Shown here piece after piece: positions 1-11,504 of a stretch of 64,000 bases of DNA. Below the pieces are notes generated by a model. The model was not told where the DNA came from. It saw nothing but the letters and a program-made list of their open reading frames with translations, and ran no database searches. This stretch comes from Octopus vulgaris (Eukaryota): positions 219,790,001-219,854,000 of the forward strand of contig OX597814.1 in assembly GCA_951406725.2 (NCBI GenBank), in the 5' to 3' direction. A program made the translations under genes and the position numbers. The first letter of the stretch is position 1. Each line of letters begins with the position of its first letter.

Positions 1-1488
1 ACTGGCATATGTGTCAGTCAGGCGACGCTGGCAATGACCACGCTCAAATGGTGCTTTTTATGTGCCACCGGCATGGGATCCAATCAGTGTCCCTGGCAAT
101 GATCATTCTCGGATGGTGCTTTTAACGTTCCACTGGCACTCTTGCCAATCAGGCGGTACTGTCATCGGCCACGTCAGCAATTTTGATTTCACTTGATTCA
201 ACAGGTCTTTGCAAGCAAAGTTTATTGTCCAATGAATGAGGAGTACTCATAAGTGGGCTGGTTACACCGACTGGCATAGGCCACGCTTATGGTCTCACTT
301 GGCTTGCTGGGTCTTCTCAAGCACAGCATATCTCCATAGGTCTCGGTCACTAGTCATTGCCTTAGTGAGGCCCCATGTTCGAAGGTTGTGCTTCATCACC
401 TCATCCCAGGTCTTCCTGGGTCTACCTCTTCCATAGGTTCCCTCAACTGCTAGGGTGGGACACATTTTCACACAGCTGTTCTCATTCATTCGCAACATAT
501 GACCATACCAGCGTAGTCGTCTCTCTTGCACACCCCATTTGATGCTTCTCAAATCCAACTTTTCTCTCAGGGCGCTTACACTCTGTCGTGTATGCACACT
601 GACATTACACATCCAGTGAAGCATACTGGCTTCTTTCCTTGCAAGCTTAAGCATGTCCTCAGCAGTCACGACCCATGTTTCACTGCCATGTAGCATAGCT
701 GTTTGTATACATGCGTCATACAGTCTACCTTTTACTCTGAGTGAGAAGCCCTTTGTCACCAGCAGAAGGAGGAGCTCTCTGAACTTTGCCTAGGCTATTC
801 TTATTCTAACAGCTACACTCTCAGAGAATCCACTCTCACTACAGACTTGGTCTCCTAGGTAATGGAAGCTATCAACTACTTCTAGTTTTTCTCCCTGGAA
901 TGTGGCAGAAGCTGTTCTCTGCACATTTTCAGGGTTTATTGCTCCTGAGCATTTGCCACGTACAAAAACTATCTTCCCAGTTTGCCTTCCTTTGATATTG
1001 CTGCACCTCTTATGTGTCCATAGCTTACACTGGGTACATCTTATAGAGTTTCTACCTACGCCTCTACTACAGATTGAGCAGGGCCATCTACCTGAAGGCA
1101 TTTGTGGTTCGTCTGCCTTCCTACTTATTAAGACTTTGGTTTTAGCAAGGTTGACTCTAAGGCCCTTAGATTCTAATCCTTGCTTTCACACCTGAAACTT
1201 TTCCTCTAGTTCTGATAGTGACTCAGCAATTAGAGCAAGGTCATAAGCATAGAGAAGCTCCCAGGGGCATCCTGTCTTGAATTTTTCTGTTATTGCCTGG
1301 AGGACCATGATGAATAAGAGGGAGATGAGGACTGATCCTTGGTGGAATCCTACCCCTACTCGGAATTCTTCACTACTCATTGCCAACCCTCACCTTACTG
1401 ACAGCATCCCTGTACATGGCTTGCACAGCTCTCACTAACCATTCATCTATCCCCTAGTTTCCTCATTGACCACCAGATAAGGGATTGA
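1..1488 (-). mobile_element. RTE-clade LINE, 5'-truncated and frameshifted (RT C-terminal half plus 3' UTR)
   Basis: ORF pieces VGFHQGSVLISLLF..LLYAYDL (decayed YADD), EVVDSFHYLG, RRLRWYGHMLRM..GRGRPRKTW are typical RTE motifs. Positions 1-235 hold the 3'-UTR tandem units also seen at 4419-5050. Confidence 0.9.
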
Positions 1489-1499
1489 GGGAATGATAA

Positions 1500-2310
1500 T
1501 GATGGCTTCAAATTTTGGGGGCCAGGGGGTAAGTCAATTACATCGATCCCAGTGTTCAACTGGTTCTTAATTTATTGACCCTGAAAAGACGAAAAATGTA
1601 AGAACAGAGGAAATACCAGTAAGCATTTTGCACAGCTAACGATTCTGCCAGCTCCCTGCATCAATAATAATAATAATAATAATAATATTCCTTTCTACAA
1701 AAGGCACAGACTTGAAATCCCAGGGAAGGGGATAGTCGACTACATCGAACCCAGTTTTCCATTGGTACTTAATTTATCGACCCCAAGAGGATGAAAAGTT
1801 AAGCCAACCTCAGTTGAATTTAAACTCCGAATGTACCAACAGACAAAATACCGCTAAGCATTTCACCTGGGTTGCTAACAATTCTGCCAGCTCACCACCT
1901 TCTTCTTGTTGTCGGCGGCGGCAGCGGCAATAATAATAATAATAGTAATAGTAGTAATTGTAATAGTAATAATAATAATAATAATAATTGTTTCTAACAT
2001 AAGATACAAGGCCTGAAATTTAGGAAGGACGAGGTTTGTTGATGAATTCAATCCTAAAACTTGATATCTGACCGATACTTTATCAACCACTAATGTTTGA
2101 AAGTCAAAGTTGACTGCAGCAGGAATTGAACACAGTGCTAGAACAAATACTGCCAAGCATTTTGTTTGTTTCTGATGCTCTTAGCCATTCTGCCAATCCA
2201 CTGTTCTCAGTTGTTTCTAACATGGGTGTAAGACTTGTTATTTTGGTGGGTTGCTTGACTGGTACTGTATTTTAATGGCCCTTAAATGGATTAAAGGCAA
2301 AATTGGCTTG
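1500..2310 (-). mobile_element. Cluster of 3-4 diverged SINE family B copies separated by (AAT)n
   Basis: Reverse complements of the CCTTTCATCC...GTCGATAAATTAAGTACCAG core and of the GAGCTGGCAGAA head. Confidence 0.75.
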
Positions 2311-2384
2311 GTAGGCTTTCCTGCAAAGAATTGCATAAACTAACTAGTAATGTAGAGAGTAAATTTCTGAGGGGTTGAATTTTT

Positions 2385-2612
2385 AATTAAAACATTTTTT
2401 TATGACATCCTGCATCCTTCAAAACTTCCATGCTTTCTGAGATTCGCCAACACTACACCTGATTGTCTCCCCTCCATACACACAAGCAAGCATATATCTG
2501 ACTCACATACTGTTCACTTTCCAGCCATTTGTACATTACTGCATATGCTTTATACGCACTTTTGACTAGTTGTGGTGCACCTGAGCACTGTATACAATAA
2601 TTTAATTATTAT
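2385..2612 (+). mobile_element. 3' end fragment of a CR1-like LINE (same family as 33236-36850)
   Basis: Shares GCATCCTT...CATGCTTTC.GA.AT.CGCC.A.ACTACACCTGA and GTGCACCTGAGCACTGTA.ACAA plus an (ATT)n-like tail with the element at 33236. Confidence 0.75.
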
Positions 2613-2864
2613 TTATATAAACTTTGAAAGCAGTGAAGTTGTGAAAGGTTAAATTAGCATATCTAACCCTTTAGCATTCAGATTACTCTAATAATGAGTA
2701 TTCACATTGTTTGAATTAACCATGCATTATCTCATGCCTTTGAGATTTTGATGATGTGATTGTTTATATTTAGAATGACATTGTAGGGTAGGTATGAGAG
2801 ACCAAATTGGATCAGTTTGAACATGAAACAAGTAGAATATTTGGGCTGGAAATGGTTGGTTTAA

Positions 2865-3084
2865 CCCTTTAGCATTTAAACCGGCCATATCCTGCCAAAA
2901 GTATTCTACCTGTTTTATGTTCAAACTGGCCAGATCTGGTCTCTCACACCAACCCTACAATATCGTTTTAAAAATTAACAGCTACCTCATCAAAATGTCA
3001 TAGCTACAAGATAATGCCTGATTAGTTCAACACAATGTGGATGAAGAAGCATAATTTTGGCAGAATAATACGAACACTAAAGGG
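2865..3084. mobile_element. piggyBac-type MITE (related partial copy at 2667-2860, second copy at 7444-7664)
   Basis: TTAA|CCCTTTAG...CTAAAGGG|TTAA termini with TTAA target duplication. The 7444-7664 copy is near-identical. Confidence 0.8.
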
Positions 3085-3498
3085 TTAAAATAATGTGTAT
3101 CCTGATTTATTGTTGGGTTAGCAGCTCCTATTGTTAAAGGTAGCTTTTATCTGAATAGATCTCATAATTTCATTAGAAGAGAAAGTATTCTCCTTGACAA
3201 TTATAAGACAGGGGAAAATAAACACACTTATAAATTTTCATTTTTATTGAGCAAATAAAATAACTATTAATCATGAATTCTGTGAAGTTAGTATAAATGG
3301 GTGAAAAAGTAATCATTCATATTAAATATTCTCCCTCAAATTACCTTCTACCATTTCAATGTAGGGATTTCATTGTTAATTTTTCAATAACTGGTACTTA
3401 GTATTTCTCATAAAAGAACATTAATCATATGTAACAGTTTTGCTACCTTTCTATATGCTTTCCATTATTTCATTTGATTTTTTTCCCTCCCTTTGCAG

Positions 3499-3709
3499 AG
3501 AGTTTACTAAGGCCTTTATAACTTTTCCCAAACCAATTGTGGCTGTTGTTCCTGGAGCTGCCATAGGTACTGGCATGGCTATACTTCCTATCTGTGATAT
3601 TACATATGCCAGTGACAAAGCAACATTCTATTTACCTTATTCTCAACTGGGACAGACTCCAGAAGCTTGTGCCTCTTACACACTTCCTCTTGCTGTTGGT
3701 ATTGCAATG
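3499..3709 (+). CDS. CDYL: CDYL-like (chromodomain Y-like) gene, internal exon encoding part of the enoyl-CoA hydratase/crotonase domain
   Basis: Polypyrimidine tract plus ttgcAG acceptor (3497-3498) and ATG|gtatgt donor (3710). Encodes (R)EFTKAFITFPKPIVAVVPGAAIGTGMAILPICDITYASDKATFYLPYSQLGQTPEACASYTLPLAVGIAM, which matches the CDYL/ECI2 crotonase core from recall. Upstream exons are outside the window or not recognised. Confidence 0.88.
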
Positions 3710-3759
3710 GTATGTATGCTACTTTAAAAACAAACAAACATGATTTATAACATATATAA

Positions 3760-4162
3760 CTAGCAGTATCGCCCGGCGTTGCTCGGGTTTGTAAGGGAAA
3801 TAACTATATAAGCATTTTTAGAGAGTTATAGCCAAAAAATAGCAAAAAAATGCATTAAAAATGGAAAAAAAAATGATGGTAAATTTTTTTTTAAATCGTT
3901 GACTCATCGTAGACATTTTTAGAGAGTTACTTCCCTTATATAATAGCGAAAAAATGCATTAAAATGGAAAAAAATGATGGTAATTTTTTTTTTAAATCGT
4001 AGACTCATCATAGACGCGCGCTAATACCCAGAAGGGCTCGATATGAATCACGACTAAAAGATACCCGGTTTTGGTTAAACTGCACCGCAAAATGTGGGAG
4101 TAGTTAGGAATCTAAATCGTAGGAGACAGACAGACACACAACCTTACTTTTATATATATAGA
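3760..4162 (-). mobile_element. Non-autonomous Helitron
   Basis: On minus: A|TC start, subterminal hairpin CCCGAGCAACGCCGGG, CTAG|T end, no TSD. Confidence 0.85.
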
Positions 4163-4418
4163 TAACTCATCAGCACACACAATATATCATATGCAAATAA
4201 TACAAACTTCTAGCAAGATGGCTGTTAGACATATTACAATAGTTCCTTTTCTTGTTCTCTCCCTTTTTATTTCTAGATGTTATCTTAATGTTAATTAAGT
4301 TAATGACCATGTTCTAATCAATTGGCCATTGTAACTATTATATCGTTACAGAAAGAGGTTGCAGATATTTTTGCAGAATAAACAGTACCCTAACAACATA
4401 ATGTTACGTGTCATTTGT

Positions 4419-5048
4419 CATCATCATCATCGTTTAACGTCCGTTCTCCATGCTAGCATGGGTTGGACAGTTCGACCGGGGACCTGGGAAGCCCGAAGGC
4501 TGCACCAGGCTCCGGTCTTATCTGGCAATGTTTCTACAACTGGATGCCCTTCCTAACGCCAACCACTCCGTGAGTGTAGTGCGTGCTTTTTACGTGCCAT
4601 CTGCACAGGTGCCAGGCGAGGCTGGCAACGGCCACGGTTGGATTGGTGTATTTTATGTGCCACCGGCACGGAAGCCGGTCGAGGCGGCACTGGCTTCGGC
4701 CAGGATTCGGATGGTGCCTTTTACGTGCCACCGACACGGAAGCCAGTCGAGGCGGCACTGACTTCGGCCATGATTCGGATGGTGCTTTTTACGTGCCACT
4801 GACACGGAAGCCAGTCGAGGCAGCACTGACTTCGGCCACGATTCGGATGGTGCTTTTTACGTGCCACCGGCACGGAAGCCAGTCGAGGCGGCACTGGCTT
4901 CGGCCACGATTCGGATGGTGCTTTTTACGTGCCACTGACACAGAAGCCAGTCGAGGCGGCGCTGGCATCGTCCACGATTCGGATAGTGCTTTTTACGTAT
5001 CTCCAGTCCAGGGGTCCTGGCATCTGCCGGGTGCCAGTCATAGGATTA
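4419..5048 (-). mobile_element. RTE LINE 3'-UTR fragment with five 68-bp tandem units and a (GAT)n tail
   Basis: CATCATCATCGTTTAACGTCCG start is the reverse complement of the RTE 3' end. Unit starts at 4657, 4725, 4793, 4861, 4929 and 4997. Homologous to 1-235. Confidence 0.85.
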
Positions 5049-5175
5049 TATAATATAGAATGCCTTTAGATACTGCTTTGCACTGCTGCATCATTGCTTG
5101 TCATTTCCTTCATAGGGTTTAGTATTCTTCAACAGTCTTCTTCCTCGGACTCCTTGCACTTGGATTACTTGGTCT

Positions 5176-5969
5176 GGATCTTTTCCTTTTGAACGGCAGT
5201 TTTTAACATAATTTCTAGGTAACTAAAAAGTTTTAAACTTCGTATACTGATATAATGTGTTTATAAAGCATCATTTTTTCTTGGCTTTATTGAGAAAATT
5301 CTATAGGTTGTAACATATTTTGTCTAAAATTTCTTGCATTTCGGCAATTTTAACCAATCAATTACCTCCATTGACGTAAATAGCATTCTGTGCATAGTGA
5401 ATATGTCCCTCGTTTAAGAAAAAGATTGGGTTTATTTACATTTGTGAAGAAAACAGATATCCTTCCCCCACCTCTAACCCTAACCCTAACTCTAACCCTA
5501 AATCTAAAATAGATTGAAATGCAATAGATCGATACTAGGGTTATAATTATGGGTGAAAATTTCATACGACACTGCTATAAAAAACTTAGCAGTGTCGTAT
5601 GAAATTGTTACCCATAATTATAACCCTAGTATCGATCTATTGCATTTCAATCTATTTTAGATTTAGGGTTAGGGCAGGGGGAAGGTATCTTTTTTCTTCA
5701 CAAATGTAAATAAACCCAATCTGTTTCTTAAACGAGAGACATATTCATATGGCACAGAAGTTGTTTACCTAAATGGACGCCAGCGATTGGTTAAAATTGC
5801 CAAAATGCAAGAAATTTTAGACGAAATATGTTACAACCTATAGAATTTTCTCAATAAAGCCAAGAGAAAATGATGTTTTATAAACACATTCTACCAGTAT
5901 ACGAAGTTTAAAAGTGTTTAGTTACGTGGAAATTATGTTAAAACCCCCCGTTCAAAAGTGAAAAGATCC
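5176..5969. mobile_element. Fold-back MITE, about 790 bp and almost entirely palindromic, with an 8-bp degenerate TSD
   Basis: GGATCTTTTC...GAAAAGATCC termini. Arms pair to the centre (CATACGACACTGCTA...TAGCAGTGTCGTATG, about 5580). Flanks CTTGGTCT and CTTGATCC match at 6/8. Confidence 0.85.
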
Positions 5970-6130
5970 CTTGATCCTTCTTTATCCAGCTACCATTTTT
6001 CATATCCATCACATGTCTGTATCAGCTGTTTTTTCTGTCTTGTACGCAGCAGATGATGTCTCCAATGCTGACCTTTTCCTCTTATTGCACTCCCTCATTT
6101 TTGCACACTAACATTACATGCTTAATGGAA

Positions 6131-6580
6131 CATCATCATCATCGTTTAACGTCTGCTTTCCATGCTAGCATAGGTTGGATGGTTCAACTGGGGTCTGGCG
6201 AGCCCGAAGGCTGCACCAGGCCAGTCAGATCTGGCAGTGTTTCTACAGCTGGATGCCCTTCCTAACGCCAACCACTCCGAGAGTGTAGTGGGTGATTTTA
6301 TGTGCCACCGACACAGGTGCCAGACGAGGCTGGCAGACGGCCACGCTCGGATGGTGTTTTTTTATGTGCCACCGACACAGGTGCCAGACGAGGCTGGCGA
6401 ACGGCCACGCTCAGATGGTGTTTTTTATGTGCCACCGACACAGGTGCCAGACGAGGCTGGCGAACGGCCACGCTCGGATGGTGTTTTTTATGTGCCACCG
6501 ACACAGGTGCCAGACGAGGCTGGCGAACGGCCACGATCTGATGGTGTTTGTTACGTGCCTACAGCACGGAGGCCAGTCGA
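6131..6580 (-). mobile_element. RTE LINE 3'-UTR fragment with four 63-bp tandem units
   Basis: Same (CAT)n-CGTTTAACGTC terminus as 4419. Unit starts at 6302, 6366, 6429, 6492 and 6555. Confidence 0.85.
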
Positions 6581-6806
6581 TACTTGTCACATTTCTTTCT
6601 AGTTCTTGTGCTTAACATTTAGTCCATGTCTTGGTACTCTGTAGTCTTATGTGCAGGCAACATGCAATTTGCCTTTCACTCAGAGAGGAAAATCCCTTTT
6701 TTTTGCCAGCTGAGGTATTAACCTTACTGTGACTGCCATGCTCTCGCAACACTTAATTCCACAATGGGTTTAGTCGCCTGGTCAAACTGGAGCAGTTAAG
6801 GATTTA

Positions 6807-7007
6807 CGAGGATGTGCTGAAAAGTTCCTGATTTTAAGGGTTTCATGAAAGACCTTCCAAGTTCTTTTACAAGGCTTAGAAAAACTGAAGAATCACTGCA
6901 ATAAGTGTGTGAATCTGAGAGGAGAATCTGTTGAATGCAATCATAATTAACTGATCCTTCTGTATTTTCTTTTACCCAAAGCCAGAAATTTTTCAGTACC
7001 CACCTTG
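6807..7007. mobile_element. Tc1/mariner-derived MITE
   Basis: TA|CGAGGATGTGCTGAAAAGTTCC ... AATTTTTCAGTACCCACCTTG|TA: imperfect TIRs with a TA duplication. Confidence 0.65.
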
Positions 7008-7949
7008 TACAGCTAACCTGTGCTCCTCAAAGGTTGCATTTCATGGGTAGTCTTACTGCTAATTACTTCTTCTGTGTATCTGCTACATACAAAATCCTTC
7101 TTTGTCACACTGCCTGTAGTCCGTTTGTGTGCTCATCGATTGAAGCACACAGTACAAAAGTCTTTCTTACATCCTTTATACATTAAAGTTTGGTATCTTT
7201 TTCTGCTGAGTAAAACTTCTTTCTTTGCGAGGTTAGACCTTTTAATTATAGACCCTACTTCCTTATTTGGAACTTTCCTTGAAATTCTTTGACTGATTTC
7301 CTTATGACTAATTTTCTTTGATTTCCCTATTGGCTTACACACATTCAAATGGATAGTTCATTTTTAATTGTTTAATTATGATAAACAGGATGGGACTGTA
7401 AACCAAGTTCTGATGGATACCTACCATCAGTACACTGAATTAATCCTTTAGCATTTAAACTGGCCATATCCGGCCAAAAGTATTCTGCCTGTTTTATGTT
7501 CAAAATGGCCAGATCTGGTCTTTCACACCAACCCTACAAAATCGTTTTAAAAATGAACAGCTACCTCATCAAAATCTCAAAGCTACAAGGTAATGCATGA
7601 TTAATTCAAAACAATTTGGATAAAAAAGCATTAATTTTAGCAGAGTAATGCAAACACTAAAGGGTTAATCACTGAGCTTGTTACTAACTCCCACTTTATG
7701 AATAGCACCTTTGTATAGCCCGTACTGCTCTATTAAGCTTTTCATGTACATTGTGCTTTTACCAGACAAAACAGCATGATTCATTGTCAAAAATCTTCAT
7801 TGTGTCAACGAATGCTATGTGCTTGGTGTGTTCCTAACTGTTATAGTTTTCTCAATAAAAAGCATATGTTGGTGGTTTGCTGTTATAAGTCAAACCCAAA
7901 CTGCAAATCACCTTGATAAACTACTCTGCCACTTTTATGACTTGGTCCA

Positions 7950-10607
7950 TGTTGTAGGGAATTAGTAATAATGCTACACTCTCCCACATGACGAATGCAA
8001 TGACATAGTCACTATAAATAAAAAGAAGTACATGAAGTACCGGAGTATATAGTAGGCGGTCAGAGATAGTTGTGTCTTTACTGGTTTTACTAAGTATATT
8101 AGTATATTGTATACCGAAGTGGCATTATAACAATCCAACATTTTAAGGATTATAACAGTAGCGACGAGGATTTAAACAACTCATGAGGAATTAATAAACT
8201 CAACAAGGATAAACCAATTCATGTGAATTCAGTAGAAACTTGAAGAGAATTTAAGCAACTCACGACGAATTAATAAACTCACAAAAGTTTTTGTTGTGTG
8301 AATTTTACGAAAAAAAATCTTAAAGTTATGGAAAATTTGTAGGCCAGTTTGCTTGGTTTGCAAGAACAACAACTGAATCAACAACAACAACAGCAGATGC
8401 AACTGCAAGAGCAACAACAGCAACAAATAATATTACAGCAACAAATGCTGCAATTACTGAAGTCTTCAGGAAAGTCAGAAAAAGTGTTCTAGCCAGACTA
8501 TGTTGCGAACTCCATAACAGAGGTCAAATATGAACCTGATGAAGGAGTTATCTTCAAAGCATACTACAGAAGATATGAGAAAATCTTTGAGAAAGAATTT
8601 AAAAATTGAGACCATGATATGAAAACGTGCTTAATCTTAAGAAAACTTGCAGCAGCAGAACATGAGTGTTACAGCAATTATATACTTCCAAGAAAACCTC
8701 CTGACACAATAGATATACTGTGTGACGTTTTTAATGGTAAAAGCTCATTGTTCAATCTATGCTAGAAGTTTCTGAACATAGAGAGAAAAACAACGACAAG
8801 GACTACATCACATCATATGCTGGTAGAGTTTATAGGGAATGTGAGAAGTTCAGGTTGGATGAATTAATGCCAGATATATTCAAATGCCTGGTTTTTACAC
8901 AGGGTCTAACTGCAGAAAAAGACACAGAAGTTAGAACTAGAATTCTTGCTAAGCTGGAACAAAACCAGGATGTAACCCTACAGCAAGTATCAGAAAAATG
9001 TGAAAGGATAGTCAAATTAAGACACAACACAGAGGAAATTGAATGGAAAGATTATTTCCAAGTAAAACAAGTGCGAAATAGTCAGAATAGAGATAAGGTG
9101 TTTTCTGTAAAACAAGACAAAAATCAGGAAATAAACCAATGTTTTGCATGTGGAGGTATACACCTGAAGAAAAATTGTCTAAAAAAATGGAGTGCTTTAA
9201 TTGTGTTAATATAGGATATATAAAGATACAGTGTAGAATGATGTCACAACGTCAGGACAAAGGAAAAAGAATAAATAATGTCATCGGAAGAAATCTTTAT
9301 ATATAAAAGTGAAGTTGTGTGCTGTCTGTCTCCTACGATTTAGATTCCTAACTACTCCCACATTTTGCGGTGCAGTTTAACCAAAACCGGGTATCTTATA
9401 GTCTTGATTCATATCGAGCCCTTCTGGGTATTAGCGCGCGTCTACGATGAGTCTACGATTTAAAAAAAAAATTACCATCATTTTTTTCCATTTTAATGCA
9501 TTTTTCGCTATTATATAAGGGAAGTAACTCTCTAAAAATGTCTACGATGAGTCAACGATTTAAAAAAAAATTTACCATCATTTTTCCATTTTTAATGCAT
9601 TTTTTTGCTATTTTTTGGCTATAACTCTCTAAAAATGCTTATTTAGTTATTTCCCTTACAAACCCGAGCAACGCCGGGCGATACTGCTAGATGGTAATAT
9701 AATGATGAGGGTATTCATAAAGGGGAAAATCAGAATTACAAGTGTTAAAATGCAATTGAACTTTGGTAATGATATTACCATTATAAATGAAAAGAAGCGT
9801 GGAAATATGTCATTTAGCTGAAATTAATTAAATCTAAAAAGGTAGTACTTGGTGTTACAGGAAAAAGATTATATTTCATCAGTGACATTTCGAGGTCAAA
9901 CTACAAAGGCAAAGATATGTAAGTGTTAAGAAAGCACATTTAGTCTGTTCAGCTGTGGATGGGACTATTCAGAGTATGGAATACACCCATAAGTGTTTTG
10001 TGTGGAAATAGAGTTGGTTCAGTCGAAGGTTCGAACACGGCTGAGGAAACTGAAACAAAAAATTGCAGTAGACAGTCTTAGAACTGCTGTACGTAAGCCA
10101 AAGTGAAATGAAAAATTGCCCATAATAAAAAGTAAACATTGTTTAAAAGTAGATGTTCCGTGGTTGAGACTACACATCGAATTCACTGGTCTTTTAAATG
10201 GTTCTTGCTACTTAGTGGTAGTTGATAGTTTTGCGAAATGGCCTGAAATTTGTAAGTGTAAAAAAACCAACCTCCTCAACTGTGATAAATTTTTTACATG
10301 AATTGTTTGCAAGATTTGGCATCCCAGACAAGATAATGTCTGACAATGGAACATAATTTTGTATCTAGTGAATTTGAAAAAAAATGGTGAAGCGTTCGCG
10401 GTAGAACATGTAACTACGTCACCATACCATCCCAGATCTAATGGACAGGCAGAACGCATTGTTGATACCTTCAAAAGTGCCCTTAGAAAATCGAATAAGG
10501 AAGTAACTCTACAACAATTTTTAAGAGTGTTCCGTATGATATGAAATTCGAATACACCAGCAGGTAGCTCACCAATGGAGCTGATGTTTGCAAGGAAAGT
10601 TAAAATC
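7950..10607 (+). mobile_element. Ty3/Gypsy (Mag-like) LTR retrotransposon relic: 5' LTR, PBS, gag, protease and integrase fragments; RT/RNase H absent
   Basis: LTR TGTTGT...TAACA (7950-8157) followed by a PBS-like GTAGCGACGAGGA. Gag has two Cys knuckles (CFACGGIHLKKNC, CFNC). Decayed protease QLNFGNDITIIN. Integrase PWLRLHIEFTG..LVVVDSFAKWPE and SPYHPRSNGQAERIV. Confidence 0.85.
9294..9690 (+). mobile_element. Non-autonomous Helitron nested in the Gypsy relic
   Basis: A|TC start, CCCGAGCAACGCCGGG hairpin, CTAG end. Near-identical reverse complement of 3760-4162. Confidence 0.85.
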
Positions 10608-11272
10608 ATTTTCTGAAAGTGAAAACAGTGAATCCGAGAGCTCCGACAGTGATAAAGAAAATGAATTGGCACCTGAATGGAGTGAAAATTTAAAAACTGT
10701 TTCTTTCGGTGATTTTTCTGAAGAAACTGGACCAAGCCACAGACTTTCCCAGGAGAGTAAAGTGATAGACTATTTCTTTTTACTTTTTCGAATGAGCCTA
10801 TTTGAAATCATTATGGTGGAAACGAACCGTTACGCTAAATGTAAACAAAGCGAAAGACAGGATAGTTAGTGGTTTCCCATAACCTTAAATGAAATTAAGA
10901 CTATTTTGCCATAAATATTATTATGGGTATCAGAAAGTTACCAGAATAACAAATTCTATCGTAAAATTTTGTTGTATACCCAATTGAATAACCCATTTTC
11001 TATAGCGATGATTGAACAAAATTTTAATAATTTTATATTTTGTTGAATTTACCTGTATCTACCTGCAATTAGAGTCACTTTGTGACAAAAATTATAGTAT
11101 AGAATTGGTTGAGAACATTTCATTAAATTATCTTCCAAAATTCACGTTAATATATTGATAAATAAAAAAGTTATAGTTGTTTAATGAAACCAGACTAAAT
11201 TTACAATTATGTTAGAAATTAATTGAAACACATAAGGGGTGTATTTTGGTCAGAAATATAGTAACGAAAGGG
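10608..11272 (+). mobile_element. piggyBac relic (N-terminal transposase fragment plus right TIR)
   Basis: Acidic N-terminus then FSEETGP..IDYFFLLF..LFEIIMVETNRYA..WFPITLNEIK, typical of PGBD transposases. Ends GTAACGAAAGGG|TTAA. Confidence 0.75.
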
Positions 11273-11360
11273 TTAAAGGTTGTTGGGCATGTGTCACTAT
11301 TTTGTTTACTCTACCTTATTTTGTCTTTTATTCATTTTTGTTTTTCCCCTTTTGTCTCAG

Positions 11361-11504
11361 GCCAATGAACTGTTGTTGGGTCGGCGGAAAGTAACAGCAA
11401 CTGAGGCTCATCAGCTGGGTTTAATCTCTCAAGTCTTTTGGCCTACGTCTCTCATGCAAGAGGTCATACCTCGAATTCAGACTATGGCTAATTCTTCAGC
11501 AAAG
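11361..11504 (+). CDS. CDYL: CDYL-like gene, penultimate coding exon
   Basis: tctcAG acceptor, AAG|gtgatt donor, 144 bp, phase 0/0. Encodes ANELLLGRRKVTATEAHQLGLISQVFWPTSLMQEVIPRIQTMANSSAK. The SQVFWPT motif favours CDYL over ECI2. Confidence 0.9.

Larger units (their letters stand above)
5050..7930 (-). pseudogene. Old, highly decayed RTE LINE interrupted by younger insertions
   Basis: Minus-strand remnants: HIAFVDTMKIFD (about 7800), NLAKKEVLL and CTVCFNR*AHKR (7130-7250), KGFSL*VKGKLHVAC (about 6650-6700), CVQDRKNS*YRHVMDM (about 6000-6050). They are colinear with the RTE at 1-1488. Confidence 0.55.

Noticed and set aside
3440-3727. Stand-alone bacterial-type enoyl-CoA hydratase ORF
   Set aside because: The homology is bounded by GT-AG splice sites and continues in two downstream exons.
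4583-5000. Regular 68-bp and 63-bp repeats as a CRISPR array
   Set aside because: Units are contiguous with no unique spacers, no cas genes are present, and they belong to an RTE 3' UTR in eukaryotic DNA.
5475-5674. Interstitial telomere
   Set aside because: Only 2-4 imperfect units, placed symmetrically within MITE arms.
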